This document shows, piece after piece, positions 23,791 to 36,447 of a stretch of DNA of 64,000 bases. The notes under the pieces were generated by a model. It had not been told where the DNA came from. It saw only the letters and a program-made list of their open reading frames with translations, and did not search any database. Both the position numbers and the translations under genes were made by a program. Origin of the DNA: Cladosporium halotolerans. Its lineage: Eukaryota. The stretch covers positions 124,001 to 188,000 of the forward strand of contig NW_027191455.1 of NCBI RefSeq assembly GCF_011745625.1. The letters run 5' to 3'. Numbering within the stretch: position 1 is the stretch's first letter; the number at the start of each line of letters is the position of its first letter.

Positions 23791-25306
23791 CTACTTGCGC
23801 CTCTCGAACTCCTTCTTGCGCTGCGCGCGCTTCTCGTAGTCCGCCGCCGCCCGCGCGATCGTGTCCTTGTGCCTCTTCGCCAGGGTCTCAGCCTGCTTCT
23901 CCTGCACCTGCTTCTTGACCGACGCCCACTGCTCCTTCACCGAGTCGAGCACGCCGCGCTTCGCCGGCGCCGGCGCCGCCGCTTCTGCCGTAGCGGACCG
24001 CGCTGCGGGAGACGCGAAGGCCGGGGCCTCGGGGCCTGAGCGCTTGGTGCGGACGTTCGGCGCCTGGTACCTCATCGTCTTCGAGGCCGTGGCGGTGGCG
24101 TCGATCGTGCGGCTCTCGCTCGGGCTCTCGGCCGGCGGCGAGGGCTTGTACATGGGGCTCAGGCCGAAGAAGGCGCGCACGGCGGGCCGCTGCAGCAGCA
24201 GGCCCTGGCCCATGGCGAAGGCGCCCGAGGCCGCGAACCAGATGGCCACGCAGGCCGGCTGCCAGCCCGTCAGCAGGAAGACGAGCCCCGGCATGCCCCA
24301 CAGCATGAAGCTGCGCATGCCCGGCTGCAGCGTCTCCATCGACTGCCCGCTCTCGCCGCCCACGCGCATCATCACGTGCATGGCGCCGGCCATGAGGGCG
24401 GGGACGATCAGGTAGCCGTCGGTGAGGGTGAGGTCGGTGATCCAGCCGAAGCCGCCGTCGCGCAGGCCCGGCACGGGCAGGTTGGCCATCGCGCGCATGA
24501 GCTTGAAGGAGCAGAACCCGAGCACGGACTGCACGAGCATGGGCGTGAACTGCGTCATGTAGCTGAGGCCGGCCTGGCGCCGCACCGTCCGCATCTCCTG
24601 CCAGGCCAGCATGACGGCCTGCTGGTCGTTGATCTTCTGCGCGGCCTGCATTCGCTCCGTGAGCGGCTTGGTGACGCTGGTGAGCGCCATTGCCCGCGCG
24701 GCCTGGTCGTTGGACTTCAGGTACAGAGGGAAGGTCACGACGCGCAGCAAGACCGCCGTCGCGGCGATGGCGCCCCACCAGGGGAGGCCGCCCCAGATGT
24801 GAATGTGCTCCAGTATCCACTCGATCATCGAGGTCGGGCCGGTGCCGTAGTCCAGGCCGATCTGCTTCAAGTAGCCGATTCCTTCGGGGATCTTGCTGAT
24901 GTGGTCGGAGGCGGCGGCGAGCTGGACGTCGTCGAGGGTTATCGTGTCGAGGTTAGGGGTGCTCGACGACGAGGCGGCGGCGGCGTTGGCGGGCTCGGTG
25001 AGGGGAGCCTGTGGTGCGGATGCTGGGCCGGGCGCGGGAGTGGTGGGTGTTGTGGAAGCATATCGGACGGCGGAGAGGGAGAGCGCGGCGCCAGGCGTGC
25101 GTGCGATCCATGGTGACGAGCGTATTGAGCTCTTGAGAGATGGGATGGAGGCTCGGGGGAGGGTTCGCGAGGAGAGCTGGGAGCGGTTTTTAGCATGGAG
25201 GTCGCGTGACAGGAGCGGGGGGCGCGACACGTACATTTCTGCATTGCTGCTGGTAGAGCCTGGGCGCATTGCCTCTGATGGCCTGCAGGCCTCTGCTGGG
25301 CATCAT
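23791..25306 (-). CDS. OXA1: Mitochondrial inner-membrane insertase Oxa1; intron 25234-25177
   Basis: Arg/Ser-rich presequence, 'GYLKQIGLDYG', 'LEHIHIWGGLPWWGAI', 'LRDGGFGWITDLT', basic C-terminal tail. Confidence 0.92.
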
Positions 25307-25809
25307 CGCGGCGGTGGTGGATGTGTATGCGGCTCTGGATCGCGGCGACCAACGCGGGAATCTTTTTCCCGCCAGCCCCAGGATTCGGTCTGGGTACGGC
25401 AGCCGGGATCCGCGACGCGGGCAAGGCACGCTAAATTACAGGTAACATCAAGCCAAACGCCAGCACCCAAACAGCCATGAATGCACTCTGGGTAGATGAA
25501 TTGAAACATCAGAGAAGGGTTTGGTCGTTGTATAATATGCGAACCTGCTATGCTAGAATGAAAAGCCCTGCTGCAGAAGAATGCGTGTCAAAGCGTTCAT
25601 TGCCCGAGTAGCAATTGTTCGTGGCAATCGTCTGCACAGAGTTTCCAACCCGTCAATTCCTCCTCCTGAATACAGAATGACGCCAAGATTTACCTTCGTC
25701 AATGTGGCTGGTGCATTCATCACTTCTAGTGATTGAATCGAAATCTGGCATTGAGCATAGGTGGAATTTTTCGGCAAATCTGGCACGAGCGTTCATGCAT
25801 CAAACTTCA

Positions 25810-27706
25810 TTAGTATGCGTTAAACCAACTCTGAAGCTCGAAAGAATCTATTAATCCAGAATTGAGAGGGTCCATGAAGACGTTCTGCCAGGAAGTATCA
25901 TCGCCCCCAAGCGTAGTTGGGCATTGCACGTGTGAGGAATTATCCACATCACTCGTGATCAAGTCCATGCAACGCTTGCAAAGCGTCAAGCAGAGGTCGT
26001 GTAGGGCGCTCATGTTCGGCCAGTAAGCAGTCAAGGCTTTCAATGGCCTAAGAAGGCGGTCCAGCTGTGCGTGAGCAGATAGCGTTCGCATTTTGGTGGC
26101 TTCGCTGATTCCCAGCTGCGCCTCCTTCACAAATTGGATCGCTGCGGTGAAGATTGCAGCAGACGCGAAGAAGTTCGACTTCCGTATCGATCCGTTTGCG
26201 AGCATCGTTTCGAACGTTGTCAGAATGCAGGAGGCAGCTTCCCTGCAAGATCTTACAGCGTCGGCTGAGCAGATGGTGCTCGCACGATGATACATGATAA
26301 TCAAGAAGTTGTAGGTGATTCGAAGCTGGCAAGCTCCGAAAGAATGATTGAATGGCAGTTGGCTACCAATCCTGGTGAATTTTGTATCGAAGCCGCTTGT
26401 GTTACCCGGCTCAGCATTCGGTCGCGCCAAAGCCAAGACATCGAGGGCTAGAAGACTCAACTCGCGCGTCGTGTGGATGAACTCTTCGCAAACGGATTCG
26501 TCCACTACCCCTTCGGAGTTCGTAAAGTCCACTTTGGTAAGAGGCGTCTGGTCAAAGTCCTCCAATCTAATCATCGACGGTCTTCCATATTCCAAAGAAA
26601 GAAACGTCTCCGCCTGGACAATTGCCCACCATAATTTGCGATACATGTGTTTGTCGGAAGCAGGCATCGTCGTCTGAGAGTTCGGCCCGAGGTCCCGATG
26701 CATGCCTAATCCGAAAGCTATCCGTGTAGCTTGCCCTATCCAGTGGTAGGCATTCCCGCTCACGGTATCGGAGTTCTCAACATGCCATGCGAGCAACAGA
26801 GCGCTTTGCACTAGGGTAGTTCTGTCATTCTCGTGCCGCATATCGAACAAAGCTTTGGCGCTTGTGAAAAGGGCGTCAGTGATTTCCGTGCGTGCTGACG
26901 CTATTTCGGGATGGTCACTGATCCGAGCAGATGCGAGGAACATCGACTGCAGCAGTAGCAATGGCGGAGGGTCCCTCGGATCGTCTTGTTGCTTCTGGAA
27001 ACTTGTGCGTTCAAGGATTGGCATGTAAGGGTGAATGTCTTCGAAGTAAGTATCCAGAAGAGCATCGCGCAGGTGCTTGGGGAGGAGATTGTCCAGGTTG
27101 TCGGAAAATGTCGATGATCCACGAATGAATGCATTTGGCTTCCAAGGTAGTGTTGACTTGATAGAAGGATACTGAAAGTGCAGGCTACTGTTGGAAGTCT
27201 GATCTCGCACGATCTGGTGCAGATTTGAGGTGCTGCTTCCGACATAAATCACTCTGGGTGGATCTGGCCCCGAGAACACATTCCATCCTTGTGCTCCACG
27301 AGCGTAGAATGCAGAGAGCTCTTCGCTTCTCAGTGGCTGCCCTGGTGAGATGCGCTCTCGTTCGTCTGAAGTAGACTGGATGGATTCGGCCGGGATCTCT
27401 GATGGTGGGTCTGTACGCGTACGGATAGTATTCGTGGCCCTTGAACGACGCGATGTGGATTGCAATCGACGTCTTCCATTTGACGTAGACGAGCCACGAA
27501 GTGGCTCACTCCTGTATGATCTCAGTCAAGTACCGATTGCACGTCTCTCGTCGGCGTAAGCTCGTGGTGACCTACGAGCACTCGGTACCGGACTTTCGGC
27601 AATGCGTGCAGGCTTCTTCACCGTTGCCATCGCATCGCAACTTTCGACGCCTGCAGGAAATGCAGGCCGTCCCCATCTTCCTTCTGTAGCCGCCTTCGGA
27701 CTGCAT
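25810..27706 (-). CDS. Zn(II)2Cys6 transcription factor with Fungal_trans domain; intron ~27575-27512
   Basis: Exon 1 'ACISCRRRKLRCDG...ACTHCRKSGTEC'; middle 'YFEDIHPYMPIL', 'LVQSALLLAW', 'AFGLGMHRD', 'RKLWW', 'YGRPSMI'. Confidence 0.92.
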
Positions 27707-28055
27707 CTCGTCCTAATGCCCTTCGTAAAGAGTGTTTGATGCACCGGCTTTCTGAACGTGCCTAATAATAAGTCGCAGCTTGCATTCGGCTCGAATTCTG
27801 AGGAAAGCGATTTCTTTGGCCCGTGCTGCGATGCGTCGATTCCTGACAGACCGCATCGCAGCACTTATGATATTATATAAAGCCTTGGTAGCAGGCGAGC
27901 ACTTGATCTGCAAGGAAAGGAACGTGCATTCACATTGTAGCCCAAATCACGTTACAACAACGATATGCATGGCCCCCAAACGAATCTCTCTCGGTCAAAT
28001 TCTGGCCATCAACTATTATTCCATCAAACCTATGGGGGAAGCTATGCGCTAGGCT

Positions 28056-29573
28056 TTATTGCCGCCTCCTTTTTTTCAGCTGATGCATCCTTACAAAAGC
28101 CAATAGCAGTGTGCAGAGCATCATCGTACTCCCAGCAAATATCCATGGGTATTGAAATTCGGCCTGAGCGCTCCCATCATCGTCACTGCTAAATCTTCGA
28201 CATGCACCCGCAATAGGATTTCCAACGAGACCACCGAATGCTGCCACCGTGTACCCAACACCCATCCGGACACCATAAGCGGAAGGGTCGGTGGTAAGGT
28301 TCGCGATTATTGCAGGCGGAAGTGAGACCATTCCACCAGAAACGAACCCGTAGAAGACAGACATTACAATCAAGCCAGGTAGGTCATGAACGTATCGCAT
28401 GACATATAACAAAACTGCCGACGAGAAGCAAGCTGGCATCATGATCGTGATGCCACCGAACCTACAATCTATTAGTCACAGGCTAATGCATACTTCGGCG
28501 CACCACTAACTTGTCTGCCAACCAATTGGGCACTAGACGTCCAAATAGACTTGCAGCGTTCATGATGCAAAGCAGATAGAACGAGGTGGCACTTGACTGG
28601 CCAAGTGCAAGCGCAAAGTCTTCTATGAAGAAGAATGGGACGTAGACTGATAGTATCATGAGTGCAAACGCTGCTGTAGTATTAGCGAGCAGAAAATTGG
28701 AATCGCTTCACATACTCACCGGCGACGAAGGTAGTATATTGGATATCGGCAAACACCCGCAGGGAGAGGTTGCGTTCAATCGTCGGGCGTGGTCGCAATC
28801 TCATGACCGCACAACAAACCAGTAGGCAGCCCAGCATAAGGAATGCCAGCACTCTTACCGCCCAGCCGAACCCGATACTGCGGAATAAGTGCTGCAATAA
28901 AATGGGATAGATGATACCGGCTGTAGTAGTTAGCTTTCATTTCCATAAATATCGATGGCCATTTGATCTTACCCAAACTGCTGCCGGTTGCGGCGATGCC
29001 CGTTGCGATCATTCGCCTTTCCTTGAAGTAAAGAGGGATGACTGCCACTGAAGTGAGACCCAAAAGCCCGCTGCCTAAGCCCGTGCAGATTGCCTGTGAC
29101 AGCAAAACGTGCCAGTACTTAGTGCTCAGTGAGGTCATCATCAAGCCAAAGACCTCCAAGAATGTGCCTGATAGTAGGATGATTCTGAGGTGGCCGGCGT
29201 CGAGTAGCCACCCTGCGAAGATTCCGACGATCATGGTGAGAAAGAGCTGAATCGAACCAATCCAAGCGATCGCCGAGGGTGAATATGATGGGAGTAGCGT
29301 GTCGATATAATAAGTCTGAAAAACACCGTAGGAGTTCGTAAGTCCCCTAGTTCGTGTCCATATTGTATCAGCCTGATTTCCAATGACAAGTGTACCTGAT
29401 ACGTACCATGTGTTCATGAACAAAATCCACGATCCCACCACTTGAAGCCAGGCCGTCATACCGCTGTCCATGCGAAGTTCGCTCAGCTCCCCTTTGTCAT
29501 CTGGAGCTTCTGTGGCACCATCTTCAGGCTTGGCTGTCTCTAGTTTCGTTTTTGCGGTCGTTGATGGTGACAT
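28056..29573 (-). CDS. MFS monocarboxylate-transporter (MCH/MCT) family protein, multi-exon
   Basis: 'AWLQVVGSWILFMNTW', 'NSYGVFQTYY', 'IAWIGSIQ', 'ATGIAATGSSLG', 'GFGWAVR', 'GVRMGVG...GNPIAG'. Confidence 0.92.
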
Positions 29574-29724
29574 TACGATTTCAGAGCGCGAGCGCGTGTC
29601 GAAGTCGCTTCTCAGTATTTGAACCAGGGCCGAAATAGTTTGATAGTCTCACAGTTCCGAAAATCTTTCTTTGACAAGCCATTTTATAGTGGTACACAGA
29701 AAGGACGACTTCGGATGTGATGGG

Positions 29725-29835
29725 CTCGGCACCGAGTCCAGCAAAGGCTTCTCTGACAAACACACCTGATAAAAAATCACATGAAGGCCATGTCGGCTGT
29801 GGAGGTATACTCTCGGTACCGAGCTCGGTACCGAG
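29725..29835. promoter_or_regulatory. Three copies of the palindrome CTCGG(T/C)ACCGAG (29725-29736, 29812-29823, 29824-29835)
   Basis: Read directly; the inverted CGG-N2-CCG triplets resemble Zn2Cys6 sites; 150-260 bp upstream of the MFS ATG. Confidence 0.55.
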
Positions 29836-30387
29836 CAAGATATCCAAAATGTAGCTGCCCTATATGTAGCACCGATGGAGTACGCAAAGCGTCTCACAGA
29901 GCACACGCAAGGATAATCGACTCCATCATCGCCACTACGAAATGCTTGAAGACCATTTGTCGGAGAGTACGATTCAGGCTGCTGTAGTCTTGCGTGTGTG
30001 GGCGGTAGGCTGGTACGGCTGGCTGGCTTCCGTGTCGGAGGAGCCTCGGCTTTCCTGCTGTTTGTGTTCGCGCTGCTAGGCAATTCGATGATCAGCGCCG
30101 GAGAGAAATCAGAGGAGCGGGTGTAAAGGTGAAGCTCTGCTCTTTTAAGATGAAGTCATGTAGTATAGATCCAGTGATTCAGATATTTACAGACCGCTCG
30201 TCTGTGCCCGAGTCTGGTCGCAGCCCTTTACAAGATGATTTAACCGCGACGCCGCCGTTCTATGCGTGTCCAGCCCACGCCTCCAATGCATTGGTCTATG
30301 CAGAATGCGCTTGGTGGTGTCCTATACACCAGGAGCTGGATTTTCTTCCTCGAATATCTCCTCTGTTTCCCAACAGCGGTTCCTTCC

Positions 30388-30891
30388 TCACTCCAGCGAT
30401 GTGTACGCATCCATCTCCCTTCCGTTCCGCCTTCTCCTTTCTACAGGATCATCCCTAATCTCGACTCCAGGGCCGACTGGCCTTGAGCTTCTGTGTGCTG
30501 GGAAAATCTGCGTAGATAGTGTTAGCAATCATTTCATCCCCATGGCATTTCCCCTCCGCAATTTCGCCTGTCTGGTGCCTGGATCCTTCTCGTACACGCG
30601 GCGGTTGGCCAAACTCACCCTCGTTCCACCCCATCCTAATCTGAAAGCAGCCTCATGCGCAAAAAGCTCTCCGAATCCAAGCATCAAGCCGTTGATGAAC
30701 GGTAAGACCAGGTTGATCGCAGCTCCGCGTAATATGCTCAAGAAAGTGGGCGGGCTGTATAATATGAGCGGCGATGATGACGAAGAGGCCTGCTCCTCGG
30801 AATCTTGCGAGTTGCTGTGGTTCGCATCGTAGTTCGCGTCGTAGTTCTCGCTGTCCGAAGGAAAGGTGGTTTGCGACTCGGAGAGATCCAT
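30388..30891 (-). CDS. MIM1: Mitochondrial outer-membrane import protein Mim1 (Tom13); intron 30618-30508
   Basis: 'LRGAAINLVLPFINGLMLGFGELFAHEAAFRLGW' signature; exon 2 'IFPAHR...GPGVEIR...YTSLE*'. Confidence 0.9.
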
Positions 30892-31304
30892 GGTTGCGCA
30901 ATGAGCAAGGCGGGCAGTGAAGGGAGCGTGGAGGCTGTTGGTGTCGGCGGACAGCCACAGAGGAGATGACCTCGGGCGAGCGGAATGCGAAGAGTGAAGT
31001 GTATGCTGTCGTAGATAGGCGGCGGCTTGCCTTAAGGTTGGTGGTGCTCGAACGTCTCCACTCGCTGCCCCGGACTGCGCGAGCGAGAGCCGCATCGGCC
31101 GCCAAGCCCGAAAGCTCTAGCCCGGAGCTGCTTGATGATGTGACGTCGATCTTTTGGCTGACTTGCCTGAACCACCAACACCACTTTCTCAATCAATTAT
31201 TCTCCGACTTCTGCAACGCCCACGGCACACACAAATCGAGCTCACCTTTCTACATCACTAAAGCTCTCCGAAAATTATCTCTGGGCTCCACACATTGTCT
31301 TAGG

Positions 31305-32534
31305 ATGGACTCGAATCAGCAGGACATGGTCGCGCAGTTCTGCGGCGTCACAGGCGCGAACGCAAGCGCTGCGCAGACTGCCCTCTCATCAGCGAACTGG
31401 AATCTCGAAGAAGCAGTCGCACTCTACTTCGCCGCTCAAGAAGGTGGAGACGACGGTGGTGATGGTGAAGATGAGCCCGCCTCTGCGCCTGCCCAGGCCG
31501 CATCACAACCCTCGTCTTCGACAGCTGGCCGCAGGGCAGGAGGAGGCAACGGAGGTGGCATCAGGACTTTGAGGGACTTGCAAGCTTCTGCTAGCGCTGG
31601 GGACGACGATGACGAGGATCAGAAGAAGAGGGATCTGTTTGCTGGTGGCGAAAAAAGTGGTTTGGCGGTGCAGAACCCTGGTGACAACAACGGCGGCCGT
31701 CGCCCCGACCACTTTCAAAACATTCTTTCACAAGCCCGTAACAACGCACCCCGCGCGCCTCTAGGTGACGAGGATGAAGAGGAGGAGGATGATGCTCCCC
31801 CGAGGAGGAACAACTTCAGCGGCCGCGCTCAGACTCTTGGGGGCGACGATGCTCCCTCTCGTGTAATTGAAGACCCCGCCGCCAGCCTTGGTGCCGGCCG
31901 TCGCCTCCCCGGTGCTTCTCTCCCTCGCATCAGCCGTACTATGCATCTCTGGGCCGACGGTGTCAGCATCGACGACGGTCCTCTCTTCCGCTTCGACGAC
32001 CCGGCAAACCAGTCGCTCATGGAGCAGATCAACCAGGGCCATGCCCCGCTGAGCATGCTTGACGTGCAGCCCGGGCAGGAAGTCGACCTCAACCTTGACC
32101 CTCACAAGGACGAGAACTACGTCCAGCCGAAGCCCAAGTACAAGCCCTTCTCTGGTGCTGGCCAGCGTCTCGGTTCGCCCACCCCCGGTCTCGGCTCGTC
32201 ATCTTCAAGCGCCGCTGCCGCCCCCGCACCTTCCCAGCAATCCGCGGTTCCTGGCGGCGCTGCCCCTCCCGTCAACCAAGTCGACGAAGGCGCACCCACA
32301 GTTACCCTGCAGATCCGCCTCGGCGACGGCACACGCCTGCAGTCTCGATTCAACACTACGCAAACCATCGGTGATGTCTACGATTTTGTCAACCGCGCCT
32401 CTTCCGCCAGCAACTCGCGGCCGTGGGCCCTGATGACTACTTTCCCCTCGAAGGAGCTTGAAGACAAAACTGTTGCACTGGGTGACATGAGCGACTTCAA
32501 GCGCGGTGGCGTGGTTGTCCAGAAGTGGAAGTGA
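31305..32534 (+). CDS. SHP1: Cdc48/p97 adaptor Shp1/Ubx1 (p47): UBA-SEP-UBX
   Basis: UBA-like 'QFCGVTG...NWNLEEAVALY', 'FAGGEKSGLAVQNP', SEP 'LWADGVSIDDGPL', SHP boxes 'FSGRAQTLG'/'FSGAGQRLG', UBX 'QIRLGDGTRL...TTFP'. Confidence 0.96.
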   Translation: MDSNQQDMVAQFCGVTGANASAAQTALSSANWNLEEAVALYFAAQEGGDDGGDGEDEPASAPAQAASQPSSSTAGRRAGGGNGGGIRTLRDLQASASAGDDDDEDQKKRDLFAGGEKSGLAVQNPGDNNGGRRPDHFQNILSQARNNAPRAPLGDEDEEEEDDAPPRRNNFSGRAQTLGGDDAPSRVIEDPAASLGAGRRLPGASLPRISRTMHLWADGVSIDDGPLFRFDDPANQSLMEQINQGHAPLSMLDVQPGQEVDLNLDPHKDENYVQPKPKYKPFSGAGQRLGSPTPGLGSSSSSAAAAPAPSQQSAVPGGAAPPVNQVDEGAPTVTLQIRLGDGTRLQSRFNTTQTIGDVYDFVNRASSASNSRPWALMTTFPSKELEDKTVALGDMSDFKRGGVVVQKWK

Positions 32535-34539
32535 GCGCTTGAGAAACGAGATCACGGATCGATGTACTACATAGCATTGGCTGGCATGACCTTGGAGCGT
32601 GGGAATAATTGCACGAGTATGCACTACGATGATTGAGATAGACGAAAACTCTACCGGCTAGTTTAGAGCAGGCAGATCGCCTTCGAATGGCATTGATTTC
32701 TCATTCCCTCGAAGATGCATGGTTCCATATGTATTGTTTCTACCTTCTGCTGTAATACTGTCGGCGAATGAATCATGTGAGATCACTCACATCGTCCATT
32801 ATTCGTGAGAACGACGTCCTGAAACAGAATGCCAGACAAAAAGCGATGTGTTCAAGCTACTGGAAGGCCTCAATGTCATCACAACCACATGAGATTAACC
32901 TTCTCGGGGGGCAAATCTGAGTTCTTGCCCCCAGCTGATGATTGAATCTTCTCAAGCAATCATCGTTGTTCGATGTCTATCTGCACCATACCAGCGTCTG
33001 TATATGCATATGGAGAGTGATTGCTAGAGATATTTGCCATATGCAGTCACTGCAGTCATCCTTGCGAATAGTCGCATGTGAAGTGTGAAAGCAAGAGCGG
33101 CCAGCATGGACTCTATGCCAGAGACGTTCAGTTCAGGTGTTCTCTAAGCAAATTTTGGATGTTTACAATCCTGTCTACTGGCTAGGCAGTCGAGTGCACA
33201 ACCCACAATTGCCGCAATGCGACAGCGGGGCCGTGGTTTGTGAGAATGAGAACGTACGTGTGTTATGCAGAGCGGCGTGGATATTCCCCCACTTTCCAGA
33301 GACGGTACCTTACCTAATACAGGAGCAGAGTAAAATTGACGCAACTCCTCAATTATTGACGAAAGCTTGGGAAGCCGACACCCGCAGAAGAAAGCCATGC
33401 AATCGATCAACGCCGAGATGGATGAAACGTCAGATTGCGCACCGCGGCAACACCTGCGGTTAAGATAGATGCATGTGAGCTCGCTCGCAACACTATCGCT
33501 CTGGAGAAAATCCTCGCTCGCAATCGATCTATCAGTATTCTCAGAAGCTCACGATCACGAGGCTCGCAGATCTATGATGCGCGAAAAGCCAGAGAGGCAA
33601 ACGGCGCGGTACAAAAGTAAAAGTCGACTTTGTTCACAGCAAGCGACCGCTTTCGGAAGCGGCTTGAGGCCTAGATTCTATCGAGCGCACCACGTTGAGA
33701 ATCTGACTGTGCCTGAGGCTGCACGACGCCTCGAATTTGGTTGGCCTGGATTTCAAGATCGCGACCATACTGTTGATTTCAAGTTTTGCGTCGAGCGAAA
33801 ACGAGTTTGAAGTTTTTCTCGAACACAAGTCCTTCGCTATCTCTTGTTTCCCGACGACCGCTTCAAGCCTTGCATCGTTCTAATGACGACCTGTTTTGAT
33901 ACATCTTTTGGCCGTTTCGCCGTCTGTTCGTGGCCGCAGTTGAGCTGAGCTCAATAGTGCTTTGCGATACATTGAAGGTCTTTCATGTCGACGACACCTT
34001 CTGTGTGACAGTGCACGAATTGCGCAGGCCGCTGGCTGAACTGCTGTTCGAAGATTGCTACCCACCAGTCAGATTGCTTTTATGCTGGATGTAGGAGACG
34101 TCGCAAAATTCGATCGCTGTCCTCCTCGTTCCTCAAATCGCACAATAATTGAGCACAGGCTGTGCGATAATTCGATTGTGGAGGAATGTATGTACTTGTC
34201 ACCGAATGGGATCACTTCGGGCATGACAAGTCATTCGAATCGAGACCGTCACTGCGTTGCCGCTGAGATTCTTTCGCAATGTGTTTGCAAACCGAAGCAC
34301 GACATTCTCACGCACCGGGAAAAGTACATAATGTCGTCAGACGACTGCTCGATGGCAGAGGTGGTCCCGTTGTCGTCACCCTAAGACGAGAATCCTGCAT
34401 CCTTTGATCTAATTGTGCTACATTGCGCAACTTAGGTCCAAGGGGTGGATAAGTTTGCGTGAATCTTCTCGTTGAAATACTATTGTATGTGTAACGAACG
34501 TTGTTGGAGCCGCGCTTGCCATTCCCATATCTCTCATCA

Positions 34540-36447
34540 TCATGTACAGAGGCGTCCATCGGAATGCACAGTCCAATAGTCGGAACCGACAGCCGTCAAA
34601 GCATAGAACAAGTGATGAGGATCGTACTTGTCCTTGATCTGTTCAAGCCTTTCATAGTTATCACCGTAGAAAACGCGTTTCCAATCCGGATCTTGAAAGT
34701 CGCCTTCGTTCATGTAAGCATGACCGCCGTCAGGCAGTATCTGCTTCAAACGCGGCATAACGCTTTCAGTCAGCAGGTTTTGTGAGTCCAGCATATCTTG
34801 CCAAGGAGCCTTGAACGACCACGGGACTGTGATCGCAGCGGCAATAATAGCGTCGCGCCACCCTGCGTTTACTGAGTTGACGGAGTTGTCGTGAAAGCCT
34901 GCGGTAGCGAGAGACGCGTTCAAACCTACGCCAACGACTTGTGCACCCATCTCATTGACGTCTCGAAACGCAGAGATCAAACCGTCTGCGTTGGCGACAG
35001 AGACATCTCTTGGAATAAAAGCGCCACCATACAATGTGACTCCCTGTGAGATTCAAAGTGAGCGGTGGAACGATGGAAGTCGCTCAGGAGAGGGGTTGAC
35101 CCTTCTCGGATAGAATGTACGTTGGAGAGCTTAACAAAGAGGACTTACCACAGGGATCGGAGCAAACATGGCTTCATAAAACTCAACATAGCTGCCGAAA
35201 TCCTCGAAGTTACTGGTGTATGTGACATTCTTCGCTTCGAGCCCATCGGTGAGCGGGGCCAGAAACTCTCTCAATTGATCTGCGGTAACGTCGGGCCCAG
35301 TCAAAGGCGCAATCATAAAGCTCTCGGAAGTGAAGTAGAAAACACTCATGACCCCGGCATCCGCGGAGGCCGGCAGAGAAGAAGTGAAAGTTGAAATCAA
35401 GTCGTAGTAGACATCCATGTCCAGACCCTCGCTCGTGAATGTCAGGTTGGCTCCAGAAGTGGGGACGTCAGGGTGTGCCTTGGACGTGAGACTGAGAACG
35501 ACGCCGTATGTGCCACCTCCTCCACCGGAGAGCGCCCAGTAGAGATCGCTGTTCTCGTGGCGGCTCGCTGTGAGAGTTTCACCTGAAGCCACAACGACTT
35601 CGTATTCGAGAGCTTGGTCGGCAGCCATCCCATAGCGAGAGCTGAGAGCTGAGTGGCCTCCACCTTGAGTATAGCCACCGGCGAGGCCTACGGTAGGGCA
35701 TTCACCGGAAACAATTTGTAGTCCTTCGTCGTATGCAGCGGCGTTTGCTTCGAATCCTTGGACCCCGGCTCCCATTTTGATGGCTTTACCGGTATAGTAT
35801 TCATCAGACCAATCGAAGAATTCAATGTTCTTCAGATTGTGGGTCCATAGCGACAGAGAGCCAGCGCCTGAGCTCTTTCCAGCGAAATCGTGGCCGGTGT
35901 TGTGGATTACCAAACGGACGTTGTGGTCTTCAGCGAACTTGAGACCGGCTGCTACGTCTGAAGAACTAGTGACGTTGATCGTATACTGAGAATACGTTCC
36001 GATTACGCATTGCCCCGATCGAGGCTGAAACGGATCACAACTCTGGTTGGCGAAGTATGGCGCCATGATTGACGCTGGATCAGCGTCGCTGTTCTCGAAG
36101 TCAGCATCGTTCGTACTTCTGGGAACTACAGACAGGACTCACTGCAACTCGGGCTCTAGCCAACGACTTTGTAGAGAAGAACATTTCTCCGCATCGTATG
36201 TTGGCCAGTCCTCGTGAAGGCCATCTTTGGGGGTAGTAGAATCATGGCAGGGCGCAGCGAGCGGGACTGTGGCGATCAATCTTCCGCCCACGGTTTGATT
36301 CAAGGAGGTCCAGGTCTGCGTTGATGGCCAGCCAGAATCGCCGGGCATGTACCTGCAGCCAGCGTTGTCGGACGCATTGGACGAAGTCGGTGCTGAAAAG
36401 GCTGATGCTGTTGACGCTAGCAGCAAGTAAGCGTGCTTCGCTAACAT
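34540..36447 (-). CDS. Secreted FAD-linked berberine-bridge-like (AA7-type) oxidoreductase; introns ~36142-36089 and 35148-35044
   Basis: Signal peptide, 'CRYMPGDSGWP', 'HNTGHD' and 'GECPTVG' (His and Cys for bicovalent FAD), 'LYWALSGGGGGTYG', BBE tail 'YMNEGD...FYGDNYERL...KYDP'. Confidence 0.93.

Noticed and set aside
29820..29832. CGAGCTCGGTACC resembles the pUC SacI-KpnI polylinker
   Set aside because: The flanks do not continue into EcoRI or SmaI sites, and a variant copy lies nearby, so it is native palindromic sequence rather than vector.
30966..31304. ORF-track extension of SHP1, and the matching extension of MIM1 to 31095
   Set aside because: Overlaps the short shared divergent promoter; similarity to p47 starts at MDSNQQ (31305).
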